Shown here piece after piece: positions 18,341-28,540 of a stretch of 64,000 nucleotides of DNA (positions within the stretch are counted from its first letter, which is position 1; the number at the start of each line of letters is the position of its first letter). Made by a program: the position numbers and the translations under genes. Location of the stretch: the IMG/VR virus record IMGVR_UViG_3300035698_018280, positions 1-64,000 of that record, one strand, 5' to 3'. The stretch comes from a virus. The notes below the pieces were generated by a model. It did no database searches. It had not been told where the DNA came from and was given only the letters and a program-made list of their open reading frames with translations.

Positions 18341-19097
18341 TTCCTCTGAATGGGGGGCTTGTCTTTTTCTTATCCCATAGTCTTAGAATGTTCCGCATCG
18401 TAAAATACTTAGTTCTAAAGAACGGTTTATTGACTTTCTTTACTACGAATCCCTCCTGCTCCAAGAACTTACGAAGGGTTGATTCTCCGTACATATTTAT
18501 GTGGGTTTCGTCATGCAGTAGCCTGAAATTTTTACCGAATCTACGGCTTGCCCAGCCTTCTATATTCGGAGTGATTACAAAAAACCATCCATCGTCCTTT
18601 AGGATTCTTCGTATCTGCTTAGTGTCATAAGATGGATCGAACATGTGTTCTATTACATGATGGCTGTATATTACATCCGCCGATTTGTCTGGCAAATCTT
18701 CTATGTTGCTTTCAACTTGTATGTCAGGATATTGTTTTTGCATAAACTTCTTGCAATACTCTGATATCTCTGTGCCAGTCTTTTTCCATTTCTTATCAAA
18801 TGCGCCAAGAAAGTGACCAAGACCAGATCCTATATCTACTATAGATCCTCCGTCCTTGTAGAGCTTGTTGATATATTTGATTTCGTCAATGTTGCAAGAG
18901 ATCTTATGGTCTCGTTCTTCTCCCTTGTCTCTTGACTTACCATCTGGATCAAGAACGCCATCTCCCCAGTAGTCCTGTTCAAACTTGTTTTCTTCACCTA
19001 TGTTTCTATAGACCATGCTACATTTATCGCATTTCAGAAAATCCATATGCCACGGTGCTGTCGAATTGTCATTACAAAGAGGACATTTATTTCTCAT
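18303..19097 (-). CDS. SAM-dependent methyltransferase with an N-terminal zinc-binding motif
   Basis: CPLC...CDKC, VDIGSGLG and DVIYSHHVIEHMFDP...LKDDG motifs. Confidence 0.9.
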   Translation of the reverse strand: MRNKCPLCNDNSTAPWHMDFLKCDKCSMVYRNIGEENKFEQDYWGDGVLDPDGKSRDKGEERDHKISCNIDEIKYINKLYKDGGSIVDIGSGLGHFLGAFDKKWKKTGTEISEYCKKFMQKQYPDIQVESNIEDLPDKSADVIYSHHVIEHMFDPSYDTKQIRRILKDDGWFFVITPNIEGWASRRFGKNFRLLHDETHINMYGESTLRKFLEQEGFVVKKVNKPFFRTKYFTMRNILRLWDKKKTSPPFRGNVIYFYCQKNGD

Positions 19098-20103
19098 TTT
19101 TATATCCTATTCTATCGCAGAAATTTCTAGTCATAAAATCTTGATCTACTTTTACGTTACAATAAGATCTGTCTGGAACAAATTTATTAGTATATACGTC
19201 TATTGATTCTTTGTTCCATATAGTTTTGGCTATAGACAAGAGCCTATCTGGGAACTTTATTTTTCCATCAAATGCATATGTCGGAACCCCTGCTCTGATC
19301 ATCTCCATATGCGTAAATGATACTGGGGGCATATTTATATGGCATTCAACAAAGACAGAAAACTCGCACATAGGAGAATAAAAGTTCGTATGACTTTTTG
19401 GATCTGGTCCATCAATTATAGTAAAGGACAAGTCTCTTTTTTTCAACGAGTTTCTTACGATCTTAGCAAAGTTTTTTTGCTTATACTTTAGCTTCCAAAT
19501 GATATGGAACTCGTCGCCGAGGTCTTTCAGGAATTTGCACGCAGCATCAACTACATCATATTTAGAATGAGATGTTACCAATATGTATTTTTTACCTTTT
19601 GGTATATTGTGCTTGCTAAGTATCTCGTCTTTATTGCCATGATTCTTGACATGGGCATACATATCAAGTTCTGGCTGACTAAAAGGAAAACTGCGAAACG
19701 GCTGGTCCGTAGATGCTGCAATAGCTATTGCGTGAAAATCTTTTCTAAACCCATTTTTCTCTTTAGCCCTAAGTTTTCTCGCAGCGTCCCATGCGTAATC
19801 TATATAGATCAACTTCCCAGAAGACCTATTAATAAACTTGACTATTCTTTTATCATACTCTTTGAACAGCATGGATGTTGATGTTGCTATAATGAAATCA
19901 GAATCTACATATTCTTCTAGTTCATCCAGATCAATCTTGTGACTCATGATTTCTGGACAATACTTTTTTATAAAGTTCAACTCTTCCTTATTTTCATCAA
20001 GATAGTTTTTTCGGCCAGAATGAGGGAAGAATTTGTAGTCATCTCCTATATACCTTGAAAGCATAAAAGCTCGTCTTGCATTAGCGAAATCTAATATTTT
20101 CAT
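19087..20103 (-). CDS. Hypothetical protein, possible GT-B/polysaccharide-modifying enzyme
   Basis: 338-aa ORF inside the GT cluster; only a weak EMIRAGVPTY-type C-terminal pattern. Confidence 0.4.
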   Translation of the reverse strand: MKILDFANARRAFMLSRYIGDDYKFFPHSGRKNYLDENKEELNFIKKYCPEIMSHKIDLDELEEYVDSDFIIATSTSMLFKEYDKRIVKFINRSSGKLIYIDYAWDAARKLRAKEKNGFRKDFHAIAIAASTDQPFRSFPFSQPELDMYAHVKNHGNKDEILSKHNIPKGKKYILVTSHSKYDVVDAACKFLKDLGDEFHIIWKLKYKQKNFAKIVRNSLKKRDLSFTIIDGPDPKSHTNFYSPMCEFSVFVECHINMPPVSFTHMEMIRAGVPTYAFDGKIKFPDRLLSIAKTIWNKESIDVYTNKFVPDRSYCNVKVDQDFMTRNFCDRIGYKNEK

Positions 20104-21041
20104 GATATGTTATCTATCTCTTCCATCAACTGACCAAATCTAGCCTTTGATGTATGGTATTTCAAGAAGTTTTCTTTAGACTTCTCTGTCATATCGTCTA
20201 TTTGATTAGCAGATAATAATTTTATCTTTGCGCTAAGATCTTCAACAGAGTCAAATTTTATACAACTCTCCATATCCTTATAATCGTGTCTGACTTTCCA
20301 TGGATATTTCGGACATGCTATCAGAGATCCAACTGAAGCGATTTCTTGATATCTAAAACAGCAGTATCCTGCTCCCTGGAAGGTAAGACAGATTTTAGAA
20401 TCCGCCATACTCGACATAAATTGATCAAAAGGAACTTTCTTACCGGATTTCTCGCCTCCCTTGTACATCAATATGTCTTTTTTGATCCCTTTCATAGAAG
20501 ATATGGACTTCATAACGAGATTTCTTTCTTTAGACGAGTCATCCCCTCGAAAGAATAGGTCTATATTCTTTTCAGATGCAGGCTTGGATAAATGCGTATA
20601 ATCTTGGCATGGTATCGAGAAAGGCGAAACTCTTTTATCATACTTCTTGTTCGTCAGATACTCTCTTAGTAAAAAAGATTGACAGTTCATGTTCTTGAAG
20701 TAAAACTTACGAAGAGCATCGCCATGAGCTTTCTCGTCGCCCAAGTTGAGATCGTCAATAAATATAAACGGTCTCTTAGGCCCAATTGATTCTAGAAGAT
20801 ACGAGTTGATCTTGTTCTGGATTTTCTTGTTGTCATATCTCTTTTTGCGAAAACGACGAGCCCACTTTTTCTGACCAAGAACTATAACAAAGTCATGATT
20901 TATTTTTGCTGGCTTATTCTTATCTACATCTGTCCAATCAGGCCATATGATGTCTAACGATTTCTCTTTCTTGATGAGATCCAGAAATCCAAGCCTTTCA
21001 TCGTTGAAATATGCTCCGCCAATTAATACTGCGCCGTTCAT
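20100..21041 (-). CDS. GT-B glycosyltransferase-like protein (exostosin / Glyco_trans_1_2-like C-domain)
   Basis: KNIDLFFRG and MADSKICL...GAG..CFRYQE...GS motifs. Confidence 0.65.
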   Translation of the reverse strand: MNGAVLIGGAYFNDERLGFLDLIKKEKSLDIIWPDWTDVDKNKPAKINHDFVIVLGQKKWARRFRKKRYDNKKIQNKINSYLLESIGPKRPFIFIDDLNLGDEKAHGDALRKFYFKNMNCQSFLLREYLTNKKYDKRVSPFSIPCQDYTHLSKPASEKNIDLFFRGDDSSKERNLVMKSISSMKGIKKDILMYKGGEKSGKKVPFDQFMSSMADSKICLTFQGAGYCCFRYQEIASVGSLIACPKYPWKVRHDYKDMESCIKFDSVEDLSAKIKLLSANQIDDMTEKSKENFLKYHTSKARFGQLMEEIDNIS

Positions 21042-21517
21042 AGATTATATACTCTTTTTCTATATTCTAGAACCTGTTTTCTGATCTTAGCAGACTTATC
21101 ATTATTGAAAAGTTGCTCATACCTAACCATATTTACACGTGTTCTTGCTGTGCCTATATGGATGATAATAGAAGATCTATGAGATCCATCTAGCCGACAA
21201 CCATCATCTGTTATAATAGGAGGGACATTGCATCCGCCATTTTTTATGGAATCATATAAATTGCGAAACTTGCCGATTCGTTTTAGTATGCTTTTTTCTT
21301 TGCGATTATTATTAATAGCAAACTTGTAGTATTCTGTATTCTTGTAGTCTGTGTTGACAGAATCGAACATGCGAAGAATTTCAAAATGTCTGCTACATTC
21401 ATGACATAATAACTTGGGGCTCATCTTGATAATATGCGGATGTTTTTGGGCATAGCGAAGAAGCTCTTGCTTCCATTTCCAGCTAGGTATCCCAATTACA
21501 GGTTTCGATTCTCGCAT
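21038..21517 (-). CDS. ParB/Srx-like domain protein
   Basis: LYDSIKNGG..PPII...LDGSHR motif. Confidence 0.6.
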   Translation of the reverse strand: MRESKPVIGIPSWKWKQELLRYAQKHPHIIKMSPKLLCHECSRHFEILRMFDSVNTDYKNTEYYKFAINNNRKEKSILKRIGKFRNLYDSIKNGGCNVPPIITDDGCRLDGSHRSSIIIHIGTARTRVNMVRYEQLFNNDKSAKIRKQVLEYRKRVYNL

Positions 21518-22188
21518 ATAAAATTTCCAAACTTATACTTATTCCTACGATTATTCTTCGACAAAAACTTACCCAACAGTCCATACTGGTCTTCTATAGA
21601 ACCCTTATACCTTGAGATGTTTTTCTTGATTAGCTTCTCTTTGACAGCAAAGTTGCTGCCCTTATTCTCGCCTCTCATGATTGCGTATCTCATATGCTCT
21701 GCAGATGTAGAACATGAGTGTATGCCGACCAGGCTCCTGTCTCCCTTGTTCATATATCCATTCTTGATAGTATCTTTTCTAAAATTGTTATCAATCTTAC
21801 CCAGCTTGTTTAGACGAAATCCTACGCTCTTAGTAATCTTGTGATCATATGCTTTTACGCCTGTAACTGCTCTGCCATTTGCTCTGCCATAGGGTTCCCA
21901 AAGCTTGCAGTAAAAAAACGCCATATTCTCTGGAGCTATTTGAGTCCTATGAAAAAAGTAGGAAAGCGACAGAGGGTGCATCAGCATGTCATCATCTACT
22001 CTTAGAAAATATTTAGCCTTGCATTTGTCAAGACAGTAGTTATTCGCATCTATCCATTTCATATCTTTGACAACTGTTATTTTGGTGTTAACCTCTATCT
22101 GGTTTTCTAAAGATTTCATAGCGTATGGAAAAGTCGATCTCCCATTGGTTATGATAAATACTTCGAGATGTTTTGATATATCTTTCAT
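21496..22188 (-). CDS. GT-A (GT2-like) glycosyltransferase
   Basis: IITNGRSTF and YFLRVDDDMLMHP (DxD) motifs; paralog of 25469-26140. Start set at the ATGA overlap (22188). Confidence 0.65.
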   Translation of the reverse strand: MKDISKHLEVFIITNGRSTFPYAMKSLENQIEVNTKITVVKDMKWIDANNYCLDKCKAKYFLRVDDDMLMHPLSLSYFFHRTQIAPENMAFFYCKLWEPYGRANGRAVTGVKAYDHKITKSVGFRLNKLGKIDNNFRKDTIKNGYMNKGDRSLVGIHSCSTSAEHMRYAIMRGENKGSNFAVKEKLIKKNISRYKGSIEDQYGLLGKFLSKNNRRNKYKFGNFICENRNL

Positions 22189-23045
22189 TTTGTCAAAAAG
22201 TCCACCCATGAAGAAGACCGAATGCCCCAGTCCCATTCGCTTGCAATAATATGCCTAGTGTATTTTCTCATTTTTGCATACTCATCCCTCTCTATGTTTG
22301 CTTTTCTTATCCCTTTTATGGCAGATTTTAGAGAAGGCTTTATGTACCATCCGTTCTTTCCTTCTTCGACTATCTCAACAACGTTCCCAACTCTAGTAGA
22401 TAAAACTGGGACGCCGCAAGACATAGCCTCAAGAGCAGGGTTAGGAGTACCCTCTGTGGAGCTAGCAACTAGCAACACATCAATAGAGTGATAGAAATCT
22501 TTCATTTGCTGATTTGTTTTCAACTGGCTCTGCTTGTCTTTTTTCGATGGAGCAACAAAACGAAACTTTACCTCTCTATCGTAATGATCAGCTAAAGGCC
22601 TCACAATGGATTCGAAGTTCTTTGTCTCTCTATCCCTGTTCCCAACCCAGCCAACGACTAGGGACGATCCAGGGGCCTTGTGGGACTCGCTAAAGAACTC
22701 TGTGTCTACCCCGTTGGGCGTATATGTCGCTCCGTCGAACTCTTGCAACAGAAACGAGTTGTTTACAGAGAATCGATCAAACTTCTTAAGCTTTTTCAAC
22801 GTAGCCTTCTTATTAGTCAAACATTTGTGGCTTGTTATAGATGACAAAATCTGCATGCCTTTAGGAGGCTTGATTCTATCAGCTATAGAAAAACTGGTGT
22901 AATACACCGTATCATATGGGCTGAAATCTATATTCTTAGCGCCAAGAGTTATTATATCCATATCGCATGGAAGATACTTTTTCAAAAGCATCATCCTAGA
23001 ATGCTGGATTCGACCAACTTTATCAGCTATAGCCAGAATCTTCAT
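22185..23045 (-). CDS. GT4 glycosyltransferase
   Basis: YTPNGVD, VGWVG and TEGTPNPALEAMSCGVPVLSTRVG motifs. Confidence 0.9.
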   Translation of the reverse strand: MKILAIADKVGRIQHSRMMLLKKYLPCDMDIITLGAKNIDFSPYDTVYYTSFSIADRIKPPKGMQILSSITSHKCLTNKKATLKKLKKFDRFSVNNSFLLQEFDGATYTPNGVDTEFFSESHKAPGSSLVVGWVGNRDRETKNFESIVRPLADHYDREVKFRFVAPSKKDKQSQLKTNQQMKDFYHSIDVLLVASSTEGTPNPALEAMSCGVPVLSTRVGNVVEIVEEGKNGWYIKPSLKSAIKGIRKANIERDEYAKMRKYTRHIIASEWDWGIRSSSWVDFLTK

Positions 23046-23755
23046 TCATCATTCCAAACAGGCATCAATTTAGATAGTAAAGATTTTGATGAAAATGTAA
23101 ACATATCGAACTTACATTGTTTCTTGGCTTCTTTGATAAGATCTAGAGTATCAGATGAAATTGAATGCCTATCGCTAGCTTTTCGCTTTTTCTGCTTGAC
23201 GCTAGCTCTTGTATCATTTCCTAGCCAAAAATATCTTGAATCGTACAGATCAACGCCTACAAATATCAATTTTTCATACTTCAAATACGACGCAACATGA
23301 ATGACATTACACATTGTACATCGTCCATGCAATACTCCGTTATCGAATATGTTGCTCTTCAGTTTGCCTGGCTTCTTTACGTCCTTGACAACGATTCCTT
23401 GTTGGTCAAAATCACCCATACTATCAACATACGAAAAAGCATGAGGAGAATGATGTTCTAGATCATGGACTATCAGGCAGGAGTCTTTGTACTCCTTGCT
23501 TTTCATTTGACTGAAAAACTCTTTTGTTGTTTCGCCTTTTGATATTCTCTTCTTTATATTGGCTTGTTCTCTAACAAGGTAAAAGGTTGTAGCTATTCCT
23601 GACTTACAGAACCAGTTGAACCCTATACTATCAAACGAAGAAAGCTTCTTCCTATCCTCTTTAGACAAGTCGTTGATAGATGCGCCTGATCCATATATAA
23701 CCAAAGTATCAGAACTCTTCTTGGATAGAAACTCTTTCTCGTTCAGAATAATCAT
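23042..23755 (-). CDS. Maf/DUF115-like putative glycosyltransferase
   Basis: IYGSGASIN, SIGFNWF and LKYEKLIFVGVDLYDSRYFW motifs. Confidence 0.6.
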   Translation of the reverse strand: MIILNEKEFLSKKSSDTLVIYGSGASINDLSKEDRKKLSSFDSIGFNWFCKSGIATTFYLVREQANIKKRISKGETTKEFFSQMKSKEYKDSCLIVHDLEHHSPHAFSYVDSMGDFDQQGIVVKDVKKPGKLKSNIFDNGVLHGRCTMCNVIHVASYLKYEKLIFVGVDLYDSRYFWLGNDTRASVKQKKRKASDRHSISSDTLDLIKEAKKQCKFDMFTFSSKSLLSKLMPVWNDE

Positions 23756-24708
23756 TACTTGAGAACCTCTCTAAAGAAGTCCAAATATTGATCAGCAATA
23801 TTTTTTATGTCAACATGCGACGGGTCTACTTTGATATCTTCTTCAATACACTTGCGGTACGATTGAGCTATGATCTCTCTATCAACTTTTGGCGGAGTAT
23901 ATAGATCAACAGGCTTCAAGTTGTACGGCTTGTCTATGGGGGCTATGACGCCTCCGCATGGTCTAACTATCTCAGGAGTCCCGCCTTCATTAGTTGATAT
24001 AACAGGAGTTCTAGCGCATACTGCTTCTATGACAGAATTAGGGCAGCAATCTGTCCAGCAAATATGTATGACGCCCTTGCAGGCCTTTGTATATCTCGCA
24101 AGTTCTGTCTGGTCAAGCCGGCCGTGAAGCACTATATTTTCCATTCTTCTGTATCTTCTTGAATCAGCCTTACTAAGTCCTGAATCTTTCAGATCTCCCA
24201 TGATATGTAGGGTAGATTCTGAAATATTCGCAAGCAAAAAAGACTCTACAATATCCTTGATTCTTTTATGGGGACGCCATCTTGATGATGCCATAAAATT
24301 GTTACCCTTGAGATTCTTTGGGGCAATAGCATCATACCATGCAGGATCAGCGCCATTCAATATAATTCTGGATGGCTTATTGAATTTTCCCAGATACCTT
24401 TCGCACATCTTTCTACCAAACTCAGATTGATAAACGACGGCATGACACTGGTCTCTTTCTTTTCTGATACTATTATTCATTGATTTGCAGTTTACAGCAG
24501 TGTTGTGATAGACTCCGTTGAGCCTCATAACTCTTTTGCCTTTGAACTTCTGTCGAACCTTAGTTATATGCAAAGATATATCGCAGTTAGGAGAAGGCTC
24601 TGAAGATATAGCCACTCCTTTGTCTCTCATAGCGTTTGCTAATCGCATAGCAAAGAATCCCTTGCCTGTTTTAGGGTTCTCAATATTGGTGTCAAAAAAC
24701 ACTCTCAT
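23755..24708 (-). CDS. GT4 glycosyltransferase
   Basis: ILNGAD, WRPHKR and DCCPNSVIEAVCARTPVISTNEGGTPE motifs. Confidence 0.85.
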   Translation of the reverse strand: MRVFFDTNIENPKTGKGFFAMRLANAMRDKGVAISSEPSPNCDISLHITKVRQKFKGKRVMRLNGVYHNTAVNCKSMNNSIRKERDQCHAVVYQSEFGRKMCERYLGKFNKPSRIILNGADPAWYDAIAPKNLKGNNFMASSRWRPHKRIKDIVESFLLANISESTLHIMGDLKDSGLSKADSRRYRRMENIVLHGRLDQTELARYTKACKGVIHICWTDCCPNSVIEAVCARTPVISTNEGGTPEIVRPCGGVIAPIDKPYNLKPVDLYTPPKVDREIIAQSYRKCIEEDIKVDPSHVDIKNIADQYLDFFREVLK

Positions 24709-25472
24709 GCATCCAGGAACCTTGTGTTAGAAGCAATGATGCCTTCTCTTTGTCTCGTTTTATATGCGTTATTCAAAAGCTTGGTCATCTTCCCATTGTA
24801 TTTCAGATTCTTCTTTCTCATCTGCATCATTGATTGCGGATGCAGCCTGTAATATGCAACATCTTGAGAAACGAAATGCTTATTTACCTTGAATGGCTCA
24901 TTGTCTTTTTTGCCAAACAACCTCCACCACATTTCCTTATCTGCTCTTGACCTAAGAGTCTCGTCATACAGACCGTACTTATTATGTATCCATTTCTGAA
25001 GCATAACCGTCTGTGCATGTATCCTAACCCTTGTGCGATGAGCTTTCCTTGCGTCTATTTTGTACGCTTTATCAAGAGTCATACCCTTGCCTACGTCTAT
25101 AGCGTAAGCATGAACAAATGGGACACTGAACTTTTCCATCGCATCATATCTGGAAGACAATGAGTTCTTAGTGAACATGTCGTCAGCATCAAGCGTAGTG
25201 ACTATCTCCCCGCTGCATTCAGTTATGCCAAGATTTTTTGCTACCGAATAACCAGAGTTTTCATCTGTCTTTAGAATCTTTGTACTGATAGCAGTATTGT
25301 TTTTCGCAATCTTCTTAGCAGTTTTATATGATCTATCAGAAGAACAATCATCTATAACGATCAGTTCATAGTTATCATAATCCTGGTTATAGATAGATGT
25401 CATACAATCAGTTATATACTGTTCATAATTGTATAGGGGAACTATTACGCTAATCAATGGTTTGTTTTTCAT
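24705..25472 (-). CDS. GT2 glycosyltransferase
   Basis: LISVIVPLYN, IVIDDCSSD and NSGYSVAKNLG...LDADD motifs. Confidence 0.92.
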   Translation of the reverse strand: MKNKPLISVIVPLYNYEQYITDCMTSIYNQDYDNYELIVIDDCSSDRSYKTAKKIAKNNTAISTKILKTDENSGYSVAKNLGITECSGEIVTTLDADDMFTKNSLSSRYDAMEKFSVPFVHAYAIDVGKGMTLDKAYKIDARKAHRTRVRIHAQTVMLQKWIHNKYGLYDETLRSRADKEMWWRLFGKKDNEPFKVNKHFVSQDVAYYRLHPQSMMQMRKKNLKYNGKMTKLLNNAYKTRQREGIIASNTRFLDA

Positions 25473-26140
25473 TTATTCCTGCTATTTATAACATATTTTG
25501 CAAACTTCGATTTCTTTGCATTCCTAACAAGTAGTCTATCTATATTCTCATATTGATGTTGTATACTGTGGGGATATAACTTCATCTTCTCTCTTGTAGC
25601 CTTATGATGTTTATTGGCTTTTGAATTTTTAGCCCATATCTTTTCATATTCTTCTTGCTCGGCCCAGGAAGAGCAAGCATGCAGAGCAACCATGCTGGAA
25701 TCATTCCATATTCCATATCCTTGCTTCTTGATATCATTCATAAATGGAAGATCAACTCGACCTGAACTGAACGCCCTAAAGCCTCCAACTTTCCTACATT
25801 TCTTAGTATCATAAATCTTTATAGACTGTATTCTGCTACTAGTCCATGTTTCGTAAAGGTGCCAAAACCAAAAACCGCTCCTAGGATCAGGATGATTGAT
25901 TTGCTTCGCCATAAACTCTACTGATTGCGGATGTAAAAGAAAATCATCATCTACTTTTAGAAAGTATCTGGTATTAGATGTTTTTATGATATGGTTCATA
26001 GCATCTACCATCGGCATATCTCTAACTACATTGATTTTGATCTTCATCGTCTGTTCTTCTAAGCATTTTTTTGCATACTCAAAAGTAGATCTTCCATTAG
26101 TTATTATATACGCTTCAAGTTGTGTTTTGTTTATTGCCAT
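25469..26140 (-). CDS. GT-A (GT2-like) glycosyltransferase
   Basis: IITNGRSTF, YFLKVDDDFLLHP and VGGF motifs. Confidence 0.65.
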   Translation of the reverse strand: MAINKTQLEAYIITNGRSTFEYAKKCLEEQTMKIKINVVRDMPMVDAMNHIIKTSNTRYFLKVDDDFLLHPQSVEFMAKQINHPDPRSGFWFWHLYETWTSSRIQSIKIYDTKKCRKVGGFRAFSSGRVDLPFMNDIKKQGYGIWNDSSMVALHACSSWAEQEEYEKIWAKNSKANKHHKATREKMKLYPHSIQHQYENIDRLLVRNAKKSKFAKYVINSRNK

Positions 26141-27048
26141 AGTATATCCATTAGTTTATTCATGTTTTTTTCTCTGCTTCCTATCTTGTTATTAAGAAGC
26201 TTAATCATGTTTGCGTTGAGGTTTTTTCTCAAACCATCATTAGCCATAAGCTCTTTTATGTAAGAAGATGCCTGATTGATATCTCCATCTTTATATACTA
26301 ATGCTGTCTCATTATGAATTGCAAAATCAGACATACCATTTCTAGGATGATCGCTACAAATAACTGCGCATCCGCATAATGAGGCTTCCATAGGAGGGTT
26401 GTGTAGTCCTTCTAATTGAGTCGGAGCCATCCATACTTTCATTGAATTATACCATCTTCTTTGTTTCTTTGGACTTGGATTGATGATATCTTTATTCATC
26501 ATTTCGCAATCAAAACCAGATATCCTACTAGCCTCAATAACATCCTTGTGTCTTTTGGTTTTATGCTTTTTATGATATAGACCGCCAACTATATCTCTCT
26601 GAAATGCATCCTCGCTAGTTTTGTACCATTCAAAATCTAATCCTGGATAAACTATGTCTGATACGATATTCTTATCCTTGAGTAATTTATAAATCCATTC
26701 GCTATTTACTATACATCTTAGTTTTTTGTATGAAGATAACAACTGTTTGTCAGTTGCCTTCCATGACTCATATCCTCGAATATAATATGCCTTTACTTTT
26801 GCTTTTGAATTTACCGTATTGTATACGCTTTCAATGCCTGTTGCTATAGCTATGTCGCAAGATGGAGAACTTAGACTTGTTTGAAAAAATATTCCTTTAG
26901 GACTGTGCCATGTATATTGGCTTTTAATGTTACTGTACATAATAACCTTGTGCCCCATAGACGCAAGTGTTTCGCCGCAACGGATAAGAGTTCTACTTCC
27001 CCCATTGTTTCCAAGGCCGACGTTATGTAAATTGAAGATAATCTTCAT
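26131..27048 (-). CDS. GT4-like glycosyltransferase
   Basis: NGGSR, VYPGLD and LEGLHNPPMEASLCGCAVI...HNETAL motifs. Confidence 0.85.
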   Translation of the reverse strand: MKIIFNLHNVGLGNNGGSRTLIRCGETLASMGHKVIMYSNIKSQYTWHSPKGIFFQTSLSSPSCDIAIATGIESVYNTVNSKAKVKAYYIRGYESWKATDKQLLSSYKKLRCIVNSEWIYKLLKDKNIVSDIVYPGLDFEWYKTSEDAFQRDIVGGLYHKKHKTKRHKDVIEASRISGFDCEMMNKDIINPSPKKQRRWYNSMKVWMAPTQLEGLHNPPMEASLCGCAVICSDHPRNGMSDFAIHNETALVYKDGDINQASSYIKELMANDGLRKNLNANMIKLLNNKIGSREKNMNKLMDILWQ

Positions 27049-27773
27049 GATAATCCACTGAGGTTATTTAATAATTTATTATTTAGTTCTTTGAGATTGA
27101 CACCATTAGTCCATGACATATCCCATTTACCTTCTCTTCTTGTCATAGCGCTGGCTATGGCTCCCATATCAATAAGATTGCTATCGCAAAGAGAAATAAT
27201 ATCAGCCAGTATTACTTTGCCAACAGGACCGCAAGCAAAAACAATATTATCATAATCGTTCTTAGCTAATTCAGAGACTTCTTTAAAATATCGCTTATAA
27301 TGCTCGCCTGTTTTCTTGAGTTCAGTTTGATAGATATCGAATGGCCCTCTGTGGTCGGTCAATATCTCTAGCATCTTATCCGCATGACCGCTAACAATAA
27401 GAAGCTTGCCAGAGAACATCTGTGGAAGAATATCGCACTGATTCTGAAAATCATAGATATTCCAGTTCGCAGCGCCATACTCCTTGAGGCCTCCAGCATT
27501 CGCCAAATACTTCTGAACGCTTACCCATCTATCATTGGCCTTGATGTTTTTGGGTTTTAGTTCGTTGATACACACCAACTGTCCTGGTAATTTGATAGAC
27601 TTCTTTAATAACTCTCCAATTTTCCCATGTGGATCAGACTTGTGTCTTCCTTTCTTAGTCATCAAATTGAATTCGCCATCCGAATATCTGGATATAACAA
27701 CCCTCTTGTTCTCTTTTAGCATAGAACGTATATTGATGCAAGTGTTTTCTCTGTCAATAACAGCGTATGTCAT
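27045..27773 (-). CDS. GT-D fold (DUF1792-like) glycosyltransferase
   Basis: ISRYSDGE and FACGPVGKV...IDMG motifs. Confidence 0.65.
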   Translation of the reverse strand: MTYAVIDRENTCINIRSMLKENKRVVISRYSDGEFNLMTKKGRHKSDPHGKIGELLKKSIKLPGQLVCINELKPKNIKANDRWVSVQKYLANAGGLKEYGAANWNIYDFQNQCDILPQMFSGKLLIVSGHADKMLEILTDHRGPFDIYQTELKKTGEHYKRYFKEVSELAKNDYDNIVFACGPVGKVILADIISLCDSNLIDMGAIASAMTRREGKWDMSWTNGVNLKELNNKLLNNLSGLS

Positions 27774-27778
27774 TTTGT

Positions 27779-28540
27779 TTAGCTCTTTAAGAATAATCTT
27801 ATTTGTTTTGAATAACTCATAAAGTCTGCATCTTTACTTTTAAAATGGATTATCTTATTAGATGGGCTTTTGTTTTTTACCATATCAGTTGCCTTCCACA
27901 ATACAAGACCCTTCATTCCTAAAGCAGATGCTACATGATAAAGTCCTGTGTCATTTGATATAAAACAATCGCATTGCCTTAATATGCTAACACTGTCATG
28001 CAATTCTAATTTGCCAAGATAATCTAGGCACTGTCTCCTGTCTATCTTGGACCAGTATTTAACAACATCTCTTTTATCGCCAAGTAATACTGGTATATTT
28101 CCTTGTGCAATAATTCTATCTATAATAAATCGTCTAGTGTCTCTTCCTAAGTCCTTTTTTTCAACAAAGTATTTTCCTAAACACCCATGAAATACGGCTA
28201 TATACTTTTTGCCTTTTTTCTTCTTTAGTTTTACTGTATTAAGAACATCTACATAAGGAACTGGCATTTTTGTTGAGTTTTCATAAACTCTAAGATATGC
28301 TTCATAGTCAGATTCTCCCTTTAGTCTTTTTAGACATTTTGTAGAACCAAAAGGTTTATTTTTTGGTCTTGTTTCTAATATATGAATGAATGGGCATCCT
28401 CTATATAAATTGGCAATAGAATCATTATCAAAGAAAACTTTTACTGGTTGACTTTCTCTATTACTTCTAACTCGGAGCATAGGAGTACACATGACAAAAT
28501 TGCCAAGACCATACAATTTTTCCTGCCAAAAATAATTCAT
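27779..28540 (-). CDS. GT9 (heptosyltransferase-like) glycosyltransferase
   Basis: GLGNFVMCTP and DYLGKL.L...FISNDTGLYHVASALG motifs. Confidence 0.85.
   Translation of the reverse strand: MNYFWQEKLYGLGNFVMCTPMLRVRSNRESQPVKVFFDNDSIANLYRGCPFIHILETRPKNKPFGSTKCLKRLKGESDYEAYLRVYENSTKMPVPYVDVLNTVKLKKKKGKKYIAVFHGCLGKYFVEKKDLGRDTRRFIIDRIIAQGNIPVLLGDKRDVVKYWSKIDRRQCLDYLGKLELHDSVSILRQCDCFISNDTGLYHVASALGMKGLVLWKATDMVKNKSPSNKIIHFKSKDADFMSYSKQIRLFLKS

Noticed and set aside
17765-21517. Plasmid or chromosome partition system from the ParB-like genes
   Set aside because: No ParA ATPase, HTH domain or parS-like repeats are nearby.
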